From contig CAXXOU010000004.1 of the NCBI GenBank assembly GCA_963677495.2, positions 96,001 through 160,000 of the forward strand: DNA of 64,000 nt, in the 5' to 3' direction. The stretch's first letter is position 1, and each line of letters begins with the position of its first letter. A program made the translations under genes and the position numbers. The stretch is from Candidatus Cloacimonadales bacterium (GTDB taxonomy: Bacteria > Cloacimonadota > Cloacimonadia > Cloacimonadales > JAFGVF01). The notes beneath the pieces were generated by a model. It made no database searches, was not told where the DNA came from, and was given only the letters and a program-made list of their open reading frames with translations. Shown here piece by piece: positions 50,349 to 61,035 of this stretch.

Positions 50349-52350
50349 ATTCAAACTAACATCTGAATATAAGCCGATGGGAGACCAACCGGTAGCAATA
50401 AACGAATTAGCTGTCGGTATTATGGAAGGTAGAAGACATCAAGTACTTCTTGGTGCAACCGGTTCCGGTAAGACTTTTACGATTGCAAATGTTATACAGA
50501 AAGTTAATAAGCCAACATTGGTATTATCTCATAACAAGACACTTGCTGCCCAGCTATATGGAGAATTGAAGCAACTATTCCCTGAAAATGCTGTTGAGTT
50601 CTTTATTAGCTATTATGACTATTACCAACCTGAAGCTTATATCCCCGGTAAAGATGTCTATATTGAGAAAGATGCTGATATCAATGATCAAATTGAGATG
50701 CTCAGATTAAGGACAACGATGTCATTGATGGAACGAAGTGACGTTATCGTTGTAGCCAGTGTCTCATGTATCTATGGATTGGGTGTACCGGAGGAGTATA
50801 GAGAGGCATTTGTTGAGATTAAGGTAGGAGATGAGATAGATAGGGATAAGCTACTGGAAAAGCTCGTAAACGCTCATTATGGACGTAATGACGTAGCTTT
50901 CCAGAGAGGTGCGTTTAGAGTTAAGGGCGATATTGTTGATATCTATCCCGCATATTTGGAACAAAGCGTTAGAGTAGAGTTCTTTGGGGATGAGATTGTC
51001 AGTATGAAGAAGATAAATCCGATTAACAATAAAGTGTTAGAGAATGTGGATTCATATCCAATCTATCCGGCTAACCATTACGTGATTGGTAGTGACAAGT
51101 CGAAGCAAGCTATACGTTCAATAGAATCAGAGCTTGAGCACAGAGTCAAATTTTTCCATGATAGAGATATGTTTGTTGAGGGACAAAGAATCCATCAACG
51201 AACAAAGTATGACCTTGAGATGCTTCGTGAGATTGGATATTGCTCCGGCATCGAAAACTATGCCAGACATATTAGTGGTACAGAACCGGGAGCAACTCCT
51301 TACTGCTTGCTTGATTACTTCCCAAAAGATTTTATGATGGTTATAGATGAGTCGCATGTAACTGTTTCTCAGGTTCGGGCGATGTATGCAGGTGATTATT
51401 CTAGAAAGAAGAACTTAGTTGATTACGGGTTCCGCTTACCTTCCGCATTTGATAACAGACCTCTTAAGTTTGATGAGTTTGAAGACCACCTTCATCAGGT
51501 AATCTTTATGTCGGCTACTCCGGGTGACTATGAACTAGATAAAACTAAAGGTGTAATCACAGAACAGGTGATAAGACCAACAGGCCTTGTTGACCCGGAA
51601 GTAGATATAAGACCAGTCGATACTCAGGTAGATGATGTGCTAGGTGAGATAAACGAGATGGTGAAGAAGGGACATAAATCCTTGATAACAACTTTAACGA
51701 AGCGTATGTCTGAAGATCTTACAACCTATTTACAAAATGCAGGAATAAAGGTAGCTTATCTTCATAGTGAGATAGATACATTTGGACGTGCCAAAGTGAT
51801 TAGAGACTTGCGACTTGGTAACATTGATGTAATCGTTGGAGTTAACCTTCTCAGAGAGGGTTTGGATATGCCTGAAGTTGCACTTGTGGCAATTCTAGAT
51901 GCGGATAAGACCGGATTCTTACGTTCAACAAGGTCTATAATCCAGACATCAGGTAGAGCTGCCAGAAACGTTGATGGTAAAGTAATCCTTTATGCTGATA
52001 CTATGACAGATGCCATAAAGAATGCTGTTAATGAGATGAATCGTCGGCGTGATAAGCAGATTGCCTATAATGAGAAAATGGGTATCAAACCTAAGACAGT
52101 TTATAAATCTGTAGAACAGATTATGCAATCTACTGAAGTTGCAGAGGGCTATAATAAGTACGACAAATCAGATAAGAAGAAGAAAGATAATAAAGCTGAT
52201 GAGCTTAATATGATTAACAACTCAGAGTCATTAATGGAAATGCTGAAAGGTGAAATGAAGAAAGCTGCCAGCAATCTTGACTTTGAATTAGCTGCGTCAC
52301 TTCGAGACAGAATCTGGGAATTAGAAAGCCTGGAGGAACAGAAAAAGTAA
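50341..52350 (+). CDS. uvrB: Excinuclease ABC subunit B
   Basis: [48 protein letters not shown] and a C-terminal UVR domain. Confidence 0.99.
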   Translation: MNKFKLTSEYKPMGDQPVAINELAVGIMEGRRHQVLLGATGSGKTFTIANVIQKVNKPTLVLSHNKTLAAQLYGELKQLFPENAVEFFISYYDYYQPEAYIPGKDVYIEKDADINDQIEMLRLRTTMSLMERSDVIVVASVSCIYGLGVPEEYREAFVEIKVGDEIDRDKLLEKLVNAHYGRNDVAFQRGAFRVKGDIVDIYPAYLEQSVRVEFFGDEIVSMKKINPINNKVLENVDSYPIYPANHYVIGSDKSKQAIRSIESELEHRVKFFHDRDMFVEGQRIHQRTKYDLEMLREIGYCSGIENYARHISGTEPGATPYCLLDYFPKDFMMVIDESHVTVSQVRAMYAGDYSRKKNLVDYGFRLPSAFDNRPLKFDEFEDHLHQVIFMSATPGDYELDKTKGVITEQVIRPTGLVDPEVDIRPVDTQVDDVLGEINEMVKKGHKSLITTLTKRMSEDLTTYLQNAGIKVAYLHSEIDTFGRAKVIRDLRLGNIDVIVGVNLLREGLDMPEVALVAILDADKTGFLRSTRSIIQTSGRAARNVDGKVILYADTMTDAIKNAVNEMNRRRDKQIAYNEKMGIKPKTVYKSVEQIMQSTEVAEGYNKYDKSDKKKKDNKADELNMINNSESLMEMLKGEMKKAASNLDFELAASLRDRIWELESLEEQKK

Positions 52351-52368
52351 AAAACTATAGTATATAGT

Positions 52369-52401
52369 AAAACAGCTACTCCAAACGGAGTAGCTGTTTT
52401 T
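52369..52401. terminator. Bidirectional terminator between uvrB and the cyclase gene
   Basis: AAAACAGCTACTCC-AAAC-GGAGTAGCTGTTTTT. Confidence 0.9.
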
Positions 52402-52403
52402 GT

Positions 52404-54290
52404 TTATCTTCTAATAGCGATTAACTCGTAAATTTTAACCGGTATGTTCTTCCCTTTAACTTTAATCTCGTCTAAGTAATCAACAACAACTTGGTCTTTG
52501 ACCATCTCTAATGTGTGTTCACTAATAATTATCTTCTTCTTTGTATTATACTCTTTGTTAATTGCTTCGAGTCTGGCTCCAAGGTTTATATTATCTCCAA
52601 TAGCTGTATAATCGAAGATCTGTTCAGAACCTAGATTACCAACCACAGCTTTACCTGAGTTAACACCAATACCAATCTCAAAGATATCTCTACCTTGAGC
52701 TTTCCATTCACGATGCAATCGATCAAGAACATCTCGCATCTCAAGAGCAGTTTTACAAGCATTTAGAGCATGTTCTTCATCTTTGAGAGGAGTTCCGTAT
52801 AGAGCCATTATCTCATCACCAACAAACTTGTCGACAATACCTTTGTTTTTCTTTATCACTTCAACCATTGCTGTTAAATACTCACTGAGAATAGCAACTG
52901 TTGTTTCCGGTGTATGAGATTCGCTGTAAGTTGTGAAAGAACGAATATCAGAGAATAGTACTGATATTACTTGCTCAGAACCACCGTAAGTGAGCGACTT
53001 AGGGTTCTTAATCAGCTCATTAACAACTTCCGGAGCCATGTAACGCTGGAAGGCATTCTTAATGAACCTCTTCTCTTTAGCTGTAGAGATAAATGTAAAG
53101 ATAAGATTAAACACATAGCTAAGCAAGCAATAGAAGATGAATATTACAATCTGCCAAATCTCATTAGCATTGATAAATCTATGTATTCCCCAAATAATCA
53201 TACCGATAATAACTACAACAGTAATAATGATAGAGTACTGTGGTTTAATAAGTCTATTAACAATCTGCAATATAATAGCAATTATAATTAAAAGTGTAAC
53301 TATTGAGCCAAAGCTAACTTTGGATAGATACCGACCATCCTTTACCATTTGCAGGAAGTTGGCATGAATCTCTACTCCGGGTAGAGTCACCTTCTTATAA
53401 TTAAAAGGCGTATTAAAACTATCATGAAGCTCTGCAGTTGAGACACCTACAAAGACAGTTTTGTCCTTCAGCACTCCTTCTGATAAAAACTGGTTGAATT
53501 CATTAATCTGAAAGTCTTCTGTCTCAAACCCGGGCAATAGGAAGTTCTCATCATCAAGAATGGAAGAGAATGAGTAATATTTAAAAGTACCTTCAGCTCC
53601 ATAATAATTGATTGGAATACGTCTAGATTTATTATAAGGTATTTTGTAATTGTTTACATGCATGAAATCATCATTAACGCTTACATTATCTTGCCATTTC
53701 TCATTACTTTCCTCGCTAGCAAGTGCAACAATACCTAATGAATATACGCTTAAATCACCCTCTTTATCCAATAACGGGTAGTTTCTGATAAAACCATCAA
53801 CATCCGCACTCATGTTAACCATACCCCAAGGGGAGTTTGTGTGGAAGATTTGAGCAATAGGTGGGAGTAAACGAAAGACGCTTGTCGCTTTCTTTTCTCT
53901 GATAACTTTACCGGCCCAGACAATGTTGTCATACTTAGCGGCTACAGCACCAAGCATATTGTCAGCATTGAAGTTGCTACTTTCAGTAAACTCAATATCG
54001 AATATTATCTGCTTAACACCAGCCCGTTCAAGATTGTCAACCATTCTGGCATAATACCCTCGTGGGAATGGCCATTGAGTATCAAGCATGCTAAATGTCT
54101 CATCATCTACAGAGACGATTACAATATCATCAGTAGTTGGGTGCTCTTCCCGAAGTCTGAAAAGGTAGTCCCAAGTCCAAAGGTTTATCTTGTGAAATGG
54201 GGGAGTCAGACTAAAAATAAGAGTGACTGCCAGTAGTATAGCTACGGCAGTCACTTGTGTCCCTATGGACTTAATGCTTTGGAGTTTCAT
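52404..54290 (-). CDS. CHASE2-domain class III adenylate cyclase
   Basis: CHASE2 motifs IVIVSVDDET, QWPFPR, FDIEF, DVDGFIR and PGVEIHAN, then 3 TM helices. Cyclase motifs LFSDIRSFT, VDKFVGDE and YTAIGDNINLGARLE. Confidence 0.95.
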   Translation of the reverse strand: MKLQSIKSIGTQVTAVAILLAVTLIFSLTPPFHKINLWTWDYLFRLREEHPTTDDIVIVSVDDETFSMLDTQWPFPRGYYARMVDNLERAGVKQIIFDIEFTESSNFNADNMLGAVAAKYDNIVWAGKVIREKKATSVFRLLPPIAQIFHTNSPWGMVNMSADVDGFIRNYPLLDKEGDLSVYSLGIVALASEESNEKWQDNVSVNDDFMHVNNYKIPYNKSRRIPINYYGAEGTFKYYSFSSILDDENFLLPGFETEDFQINEFNQFLSEGVLKDKTVFVGVSTAELHDSFNTPFNYKKVTLPGVEIHANFLQMVKDGRYLSKVSFGSIVTLLIIIAIILQIVNRLIKPQYSIIITVVVIIGMIIWGIHRFINANEIWQIVIFIFYCLLSYVFNLIFTFISTAKEKRFIKNAFQRYMAPEVVNELIKNPKSLTYGGSEQVISVLFSDIRSFTTYSESHTPETTVAILSEYLTAMVEVIKKNKGIVDKFVGDEIMALYGTPLKDEEHALNACKTALEMRDVLDRLHREWKAQGRDIFEIGIGVNSGKAVVGNLGSEQIFDYTAIGDNINLGARLEAINKEYNTKKKIIISEHTLEMVKDQVVVDYLDEIKVKGKNIPVKIYELIAIRR

Positions 54291-56678
54291 TTAGAACCTT
54301 TGTGAGATATAGAAATTCCAGTTAAATTCATTATAGTTAATATCTTCGATAGTGTCATTAGTGTAGTTCTTCAATCTTAAGTTAGTAGCAATCTTAGTTT
54401 TAGCCCAAGGTTTGTACTTAGCACCAATATTGAAGTAGTTGAAAGATTGCTCTTCGTCACCTGATAGCATTACGAATTTGAGATCAGTATAAGGAACAAG
54501 TTTGTTATCAAAGAAACCATATTCACTCCTGATACCGATTGAATTGCTACCTGTGTCTGTTGTCTCATCAAGAACAATGCTTTCTGAGTTTGACCAACCG
54601 TAATATAACTTTGTAGTTAATGGGAAAGTAGCAAACTTGTTAAGCATGGTGAAGTTAACATTGTTGAGTGTTATCTCATAAACATCATCAAGCTCATCGG
54701 TGTTTTTGCTATTAGAATATGTTACGTTAAATCTGGTAGGAGCGAATGTTAACTGTTTCCAAAAATAATTAGCTCCGACACTCATGTTTACTGATTTCTG
54801 GTTGAACTGTTCCACTTCTGTTTCATCATCTTCACCTATATTAGATGAAGTATCAAAATTCAGATTAAGAGATGTTACATCATGATATTGGAACACAAGC
54901 TGTCCAAAGTATCTGTTGAATGTAGTTGTTGTAGCTTTCTGTTCAGAAAGATTATCCTGATTCTTATTGTATCCACCGTAAAGATGCACCATGTTCTTTA
55001 TGTTTATCTTATCACTGATAGATAACTTCGATATATCATTCTGTAAGCCACTTGTAGAGAGAGATTTGAAACCTGATCCTATCTCTTCATATTCAACACT
55101 GATGTCGTTATGAAGAAGATAAGGATTCACAAAGGCTTTCAATGCGACACTGGACATACCGGGTTTATAAGGTTGTAAGTTTTCATTAATAATAATCAAA
55201 TCTTCGTAGTTCTCAGGGTCAATTTCAAAATCGAAAGCAAGAATATCAACGGAGTTGAAGTCAAATCTATCCTCCATCTCTTCTGAAGAGAAAGCTCCAT
55301 CAGTGATGTTACTGTTATAAAAGCTTATTGCAACTTCAGCACCCATACTTGATCTCTGTGAAGGTAGTGATAGTATGAAGTCAGAACCAAGAACTAAGTT
55401 GTCTTCAGGGAAAGCTGTCTGGGTTGTATCCGAGTCAGCATAGAACAAATAGTGCTCATCATCAAGGGAGTTTACATCGTCTCTTGTTTGTGAAAAATGT
55501 AATCCCCAAAGGAAGGCAGTATATTTGCTTCTGTCTGTTCCAAGCTCAAGACGTAATGCATGCATATCTCTTGCAAATGTACTATGCAGATTCTCATCAT
55601 CTTTGATTGCTCTTCTATTTTCACCTGTTGAGTACATGATTTTAATGAAGTGATAGTCAAGCTCAGCATGTACACCATAGATGTTACTATTGTTCATGTT
55701 ATAGCTTGAGTAGTTAGGAGTGTAATCACCCATAATAACTCTTAAGAATGGAATCTCCATATCAAACTTGATTCTATTGAATCTTTGAGTTGTTTCATTC
55801 TGCTTTGAATCACGATAAAAGTTTCCACGGAAGTCATACCAGAAACCTTTCTGATGGGCATTACTTGACCTAGAGTAAAGATTAAGATTAAAGGAAGCAT
55901 CATTATCTTTATTCGATAAGTTAGAATTATCATCTTTAGTTACTGAGAATATATTTGAGCGGAAGGTGGCATCACCATTAAGCTGGAATGGGAGCTCGAA
56001 AACCTTCTTGTCAGAGAATACTTTTGTTAAGTGCTTTCCGGTTAGTAGAAGGGTTCCATCTTTTAATCGAACTTGCATTTCACAAGAGTGCATTCCGGGT
56101 TTTACAGATGGGACTATTAACACCATCATGTTATCTGTAATTGTAGATCTGGATGTATAATCCTTACCATCAAAGAGAATCTTCATAGATTCTAAATCAA
56201 TATCATCTTGAACTGAGAAATAGGAAACAGAGAATACGAAATCCTCTTCTGCATCATGCTCTGTCTCAGGGCTTAGAATTAGCAATTCGCTACTTGATTT
56301 ATCGCACAAAATACCTACCGGATAAGGGTGTTGCTCAGGATTGAATCTAGGTAGAGATACTTTCACTTTATCCTTAGTCTCTGCTTCGAAATAGAATTCG
56401 AGACCTGTATCACAGTAAGCACTTAAAGGAAGCTCTGCGTTAAAGTCAGTTGCAGTACCTCCATCTTGATTTGCTTGAATCATTGTGAAACTTTCCTTAC
56501 CTACAGCTCTGTAGTAGAAGAATGCGTATTCAATATCCTCAATATTCTGCATCACAGAAACGCTAACCATGACATTACCATTATCTAAGTCAGTTATATA
56601 AGGTTCATCATAAAGAATAACCTCTGCAAACATCTGTAAAGTCATCAAAGTTAATACTAATACTAATAATTTCTTCAT
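54291..56678 (-). CDS. Predicted outer-membrane beta-barrel protein with N-terminal Ig-like domains
   Basis: Signal peptide, alternating amphipathic strands over the C-terminal ~570 aa, and a terminal aromatic beta-signal (WNFYISQRF). Confidence 0.7.
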   Translation of the reverse strand: MKKLLVLVLTLMTLQMFAEVILYDEPYITDLDNGNVMVSVSVMQNIEDIEYAFFYYRAVGKESFTMIQANQDGGTATDFNAELPLSAYCDTGLEFYFEAETKDKVKVSLPRFNPEQHPYPVGILCDKSSSELLILSPETEHDAEEDFVFSVSYFSVQDDIDLESMKILFDGKDYTSRSTITDNMMVLIVPSVKPGMHSCEMQVRLKDGTLLLTGKHLTKVFSDKKVFELPFQLNGDATFRSNIFSVTKDDNSNLSNKDNDASFNLNLYSRSSNAHQKGFWYDFRGNFYRDSKQNETTQRFNRIKFDMEIPFLRVIMGDYTPNYSSYNMNNSNIYGVHAELDYHFIKIMYSTGENRRAIKDDENLHSTFARDMHALRLELGTDRSKYTAFLWGLHFSQTRDDVNSLDDEHYLFYADSDTTQTAFPEDNLVLGSDFILSLPSQRSSMGAEVAISFYNSNITDGAFSSEEMEDRFDFNSVDILAFDFEIDPENYEDLIIINENLQPYKPGMSSVALKAFVNPYLLHNDISVEYEEIGSGFKSLSTSGLQNDISKLSISDKINIKNMVHLYGGYNKNQDNLSEQKATTTTFNRYFGQLVFQYHDVTSLNLNFDTSSNIGEDDETEVEQFNQKSVNMSVGANYFWKQLTFAPTRFNVTYSNSKNTDELDDVYEITLNNVNFTMLNKFATFPLTTKLYYGWSNSESIVLDETTDTGSNSIGIRSEYGFFDNKLVPYTDLKFVMLSGDEEQSFNYFNIGAKYKPWAKTKIATNLRLKNYTNDTIEDINYNEFNWNFYISQRF

Positions 56679-56681
56679 GCT

Positions 56682-57362
56682 TTACTCCTTAGACTCAAGC
56701 TCAATGTACTTAATGTTACCATCTGCATCACGGAGAGGAATCTTAATCTTTTGCGTACCTGCAATGTCATCTTTGATGTATTCCATTATCTCATCATTAA
56801 GTTTTGGTGTTGGGCCAATATTGACTTCTCCATCTGAACGAGACTCTGCAGTTTTACCGGGTTCTAGATTGAAACTTTTTCCCGTGACTGTGTTTTCTAC
56901 TTCAAGTAAGCCTTCAAACATGTGAATCCAAGTTGTTCCTTCCGGGTCAACAATGGTTAAGAATGTTGTTCCCTTTACAGACGCAACTGTGTTACTTGTT
57001 TCGATTCTGTATTGGTCTTTCATATGACTGTTTATCTTTGAAAAGATTTGCCCTGCTTCCAGTTTAGCCTTTTTTGCCAAAACTTCACCATCTTTAGTAC
57101 CATTTATAGTAACGATACTCCATGGGAATACTTTCAGTAAAGAGCCATTGTCCGTATATTTAACAGCAGCAAAGGACTTTTGCCCTGTTGTGAGTTTATC
57201 ATTATTTATGAGCAATTCACCTTTTTTAGCTGCTTGCTCTTCCTCTTCATTTCTTTGCAGAGAAACTGTACCTTTTGCTTGGAACAATAATGCTATTGGG
57301 TTCTCGGCAAACAGGCAAGTAAGTGCTATTAATAGTACGACTGATAGTAATATCTTTTTCAT
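56682..57362 (-). CDS. Exported FecR-domain protein
   Basis: Signal peptide, 'KGTV...G..L...D.L.TG..SFAAV...D.GS', 'IETSNTVASVKGTTF' and 'FEG.LEV'. Confidence 0.85.
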   Translation of the reverse strand: MKKILLSVVLLIALTCLFAENPIALLFQAKGTVSLQRNEEEEQAAKKGELLINNDKLTTGQKSFAAVKYTDNGSLLKVFPWSIVTINGTKDGEVLAKKAKLEAGQIFSKINSHMKDQYRIETSNTVASVKGTTFLTIVDPEGTTWIHMFEGLLEVENTVTGKSFNLEPGKTAESRSDGEVNIGPTPKLNDEIMEYIKDDIAGTQKIKIPLRDADGNIKYIELESKE

Positions 57363-57371
57363 GTTCACCTC

Positions 57372-58493
57372 CTACTCCTTAATCTCAACATTAACCGGCT
57401 TTGCAATGAATTCTGTAAGCTTCTTTATCGCATCTTCACCGGAAAGCCAGTTTTCTTCAGTCACAACTTGCTGAGTTGGTACCATTCCTTCGTCAAGAAG
57501 AGCGTTAATCTCAGGATTGTTTATTGATCTTAAAAGCTCAATTATCTTATCAGACAACTGATTAGTTTCGGAGGATGTGTCCTCTTCAAACCTAAAGACA
57601 TTGTAATCACTCTCAAGAGTAACTGCATCACCTGATGTTGAACTTTCAGTTATCATACCTGTACTTACTTTCCAGGCATAGTAATAACCGTCATTAAATG
57701 GAAGAAATTGCACATGGACATTTGACATTAAACCTTCAATCTCTGTGAAGAGTCTTCCTGAATAATCAAGCTCATGACCGACTAAATCATCTCTCAATTC
57801 ATACTCACGTATAGTGATCTTGAAATCATTAATCCCAGCAAGGTTTGTCTGCCAGCCAAACACTACAGTGTTATTGTTTAATATAGGGATGAAACCACCT
57901 AGTTTAGCTCCCGGTTGGTTCAAGAAGATAGAGTTAGAGTTAGTTACAATAAAGGTCATTGTATTAGAGCCTAACTCTGTATCCCCGATTTCATCATTCT
58001 CACCGGTTAGATCATAAGCAGTTAATGTAAATGTATAAGTACCATCAGGTAGTAGTCCTGTGTTCAATACTACATCTTCAAGCTCAGGTGCAACATCAAA
58101 CAGTGCATCAAGAGAGATACCGGAACCGGTTTGAGTGAAGTATTGAGTGTCCACACTTGAAAGTATATCTCTGTTGGTCACACTAATATTTCTCATATCC
58201 CAGACGAAGTCTCTAGTTATCAAATCATAATCAAGTAATGGAACACTTACTCTGTCCCAAAAAAACTTAACATTTAATCCAAAAGGCAGTTGGGTTTCAC
58301 CTGTTGCCGGAGTTGTAGTTATTGCCCAATCAAACACAGGTGGCTGTGCTAACGGTCTTTCCGGGTCTATCTGAGCCATATTGAATTGGTTGAACTCATT
58401 GACTCTTGGGCTTCCGCTAATCTGTACACTTTGCCCATATAAAAAGGCAAATGACATTGTTAAAACTATTAAACATATTAAAACTTTTTTCAT
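57372..58493 (-). CDS. Hypothetical exported beta-rich protein
   Basis: Signal peptide, LPDGTYTFTL and YYYAWKV (FN3-like end). Overlaps the ddl stop by 1 nt. Confidence 0.75.
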   Translation of the reverse strand: MKKVLICLIVLTMSFAFLYGQSVQISGSPRVNEFNQFNMAQIDPERPLAQPPVFDWAITTTPATGETQLPFGLNVKFFWDRVSVPLLDYDLITRDFVWDMRNISVTNRDILSSVDTQYFTQTGSGISLDALFDVAPELEDVVLNTGLLPDGTYTFTLTAYDLTGENDEIGDTELGSNTMTFIVTNSNSIFLNQPGAKLGGFIPILNNNTVVFGWQTNLAGINDFKITIREYELRDDLVGHELDYSGRLFTEIEGLMSNVHVQFLPFNDGYYYAWKVSTGMITESSTSGDAVTLESDYNVFRFEEDTSSETNQLSDKIIELLRSINNPEINALLDEGMVPTQQVVTEENWLSGEDAIKKLTEFIAKPVNVEIKE

Positions 58494-59413
58494 TATTCCC
58501 CCTTCATTCCGAAGTCTATTATTGTTTTTAAAAGCTCTTTAAAGCATATCCCTGCAGCTTTAGCTGACATAGGGGTTAAACTCAGTTCTGTCATACCGGG
58601 AAGTGTATTAACCTCTAGCAGATAGAACTTGTCTCCATCATAACGGAAGTCGATTCTCGCGTAGCCTTTGCATTCACAACGCTTAAACAACTTAACTGCA
58701 TATGATTGGACTTTTGTAATCTCTTCAGCTTCCAGTTCTGCAGGAGCAATGTACTCTGTTTTACCGGAAGTGTATTTATTCTTATAATCATACCAACCCT
58801 GTTTTGGTTTAATCTCAACAACAGGTTTAGCTTCTCCTCCTATTATTGTTACAGTCAACTCCCTACCGGGAATAAACTGCTCTATTAAAACATTATCATC
58901 ATACTGAAAGGCATCTGTGATTGCATCATCTAAAGTATCTTTTGATTTTACTAAAGAAATACCAACAGATGAACCTGCATTGTTAGGTTTAACTATTAAT
59001 GGGAAACCAATCTTGTTAAGCCTATCTTCCTCGAATGCATCCCCTCTTTGTAAGTATATATCTTCCGCTATAGGAATATCACATTCCTTAGCAATGAGTT
59101 TAGTTATATATTTATCCATCGTTAATACACATGCTTTGGCAGGACTCCCGGTAAACTTAATTCCGGACATCTCAAGGATAGCCTGAATGCGTCCATCCTC
59201 ACCTGCTCCACCATGTAGCCCGTTAAAAACGATGTCAGGATTAATAACCTGAATTGCATCAATTAAATTGCTTATAAGCTGATAATCAGCCGGGTCTATG
59301 ACTGTAACATAATACCCGTCGGAGCTCAACTGCTCCGCGATATTCTTCGCTGATATCAGCGATATCTCTCGTTCAGGAGAATTACCTCCTGATAAAACCA
59401 CTATTCTGTGCAT
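58493..59413 (-). CDS. ddl: D-alanine--D-alanine ligase
   Basis: GGNSPEREISL, LHGGAGEDG, KPNNAGSSVG, YDYKNKY and LEVNTLPGMT..SL.P. Confidence 0.97.
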   Translation of the reverse strand: MHRIVVLSGGNSPEREISLISAKNIAEQLSSDGYYVTVIDPADYQLISNLIDAIQVINPDIVFNGLHGGAGEDGRIQAILEMSGIKFTGSPAKACVLTMDKYITKLIAKECDIPIAEDIYLQRGDAFEEDRLNKIGFPLIVKPNNAGSSVGISLVKSKDTLDDAITDAFQYDDNVLIEQFIPGRELTVTIIGGEAKPVVEIKPKQGWYDYKNKYTSGKTEYIAPAELEAEEITKVQSYAVKLFKRCECKGYARIDFRYDGDKFYLLEVNTLPGMTELSLTPMSAKAAGICFKELLKTIIDFGMKGE

Positions 59414-59429
59414 ATAATACCTCTACTAA

Positions 59430-59457
59430 ATGCTATGCAATATAGATGCAATGTCAA
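59430..59457 (-). promoter_or_regulatory. Putative sigma70 promoter of the ddl operon
   Basis: TTGACA-16 bp-TAGCAT on the - strand. Confidence 0.5.
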
Positions 59458-59505
59458 GCAAAATGTGATTTAGTTTGTTTTGAATAAGGTTGTCAGATTC
59501 AAAAT

Positions 59506-60626
59506 ATGGAGTGCACCAACTGAGTAGGTGCGTCTTGTCACGAAACTCTTAAAGGAGTTCTTCAGAACTCTTTCGAAGCATCAGTAACCTGTACCTTAGA
59601 AATGGTCCATAGACATTTCGAATGCACTACGAAGTAGTTGACTTAAGATTACAAGAGCACCATTTCGAAGGAGATAATTCTCTCATTAATCTGAAGCAGT
59701 CACCAGTACGACCAACGGGAGTTTGGGGAAATGCGTACTTCGACTCAAAACGATTTCTTGTCTCAACACCTGTACCTTTGGAATGGTTGAACTACCTTCG
59801 GACTTGCGTTGTAGCGATAGCGTGACGCGAGAACGAAACCTGCTTCGAATGACGGAATTAGCAAATCACACTATCGTTGCAATTCACTTCTTCCTACTTC
59901 ATCAAGAGCATCTTATTGCTTTTTTGTTCCTTATCAGTCTTCACAACTGAGAAATACACCCCTGTCGTCACAGCAACTCAGGAGAGTCGCAGTACAACGT
60001 AGTGCGAGTGTCCACACTTGCACATAGCTTGAAAAGCTATATTGTGGAAGCTTATCGTGTACTGAAATTAGTATTGACTGAAGAGATGTCAGCTGTAGAG
60101 AACATACTTGGACTGTAATATTCTAAATTACGGTCAGTGGAAGCTGACGACTCTGTCGTCACAGCAACTCAGGAGAGTCGCAGTACAATGTAGTGCGAGT
60201 GCCCTCAATTGCTCAAAACTCCTTCAGCTTGTTTTTAGCCTTGAAAAGGCGTCTGTTCAATAGCCACATGCTTTGGCATGTGGTAAATGTAATCTAAGAA
60301 GATGTAGCCCTAAAGGGGCGTAAGATTAACATCTTAGGTAATTCGACACCCCTTCAGGGCTAATCTTGGCCTTGAACTTTGACCCCAAGCGACAAGTCGC
60401 ATGGGGCTATGAAAATACCATCAGTAACCTATACCTTTGGAATGGTTGAAAACCTTGCAAATGGTGCAATTCGAAGGAAGAAACTCCCCACCGTTAAAAC
60501 GCTACCCCTCTACAAGAGGGGAATGTCCAAGAGCACCATTTCGAAGGTCTAAGGACCGTTCGAAAGGTAGAATATTGCCATATTTCGCTATGAGTCCAAC
60601 TCCCATTCCGTCGCTTTGACTCCAGC
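59506..60626. repeat. ~1.1-kb mosaic cluster of REP/REPIN-like palindromes
   Basis: Contains the GGAGTGCACC..GGTGCG unit (59506), CGACCAACGGGAG (59710), two CTGTCGTCACAGCAACTCAGGAGAGTCGCAGTACAA copies (59962, 60153), GCCCTAAAGGGGC/CCCCTTCAGGGC units, and repeated 'acct.tacctt.g.aatggt' and 'agagcaccatttcgaagg' blocks. Confidence 0.8.
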
Positions 60627-60866
60627 TAACAATTTCCCACTAACAATTTTCCAAAATTTGCCCTTCTGCATCCCTTCTGGTTCTGTGACTAAAAAAGGTG
60701 TTTCAAAGGTTAGCCACAGGTGACCCTCTCGTGACCCTCTCGTGGAAGGGCACGATTTATCCACATCATGTGGATAACTTGAATATTTATGGAAAACTTG
60801 TCGTAGGCACGGGAGTAGCAGGGGTGCAGTAGGCTCATTTCCGGCTCAATTGAGTCTCAATTGAGT
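60626..60866. repeat. 11-bp-phased micro-repeat tract centred on a perfect inverted DnaA-box pair
   Basis: CCCTTCTG at 60661 and 60672. GTGACCCTCTC at 60720 and 60731. TTATCCACA-TCA-TGTGGATAA at 60757-60777. CTCAATTGAGT at 60845 and 60856. Confidence 0.8.
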
Positions 60867-61035
60867 TTATGTTGATAATTGTTAAGATTGGTGAGTGACT
60901 ATTAATCAAAAAAGAGGAGAATATAGCCAATTATCCTAGTCTGACAAAATCAATATATATCTATTAGAAATTAATACCTTTGACAGTATCAACTCCTGTA
61001 AAAACATGGCATAAAATAATTAAATAAGGAAAAAG

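Noticed and set aside
59414..61035. Replication origin oriC
   Set aside because: Only two clear DnaA boxes, no dnaA/dnaN/gidA context, and most of the region is palindromic repeats. It is not excluded without GC-skew data.
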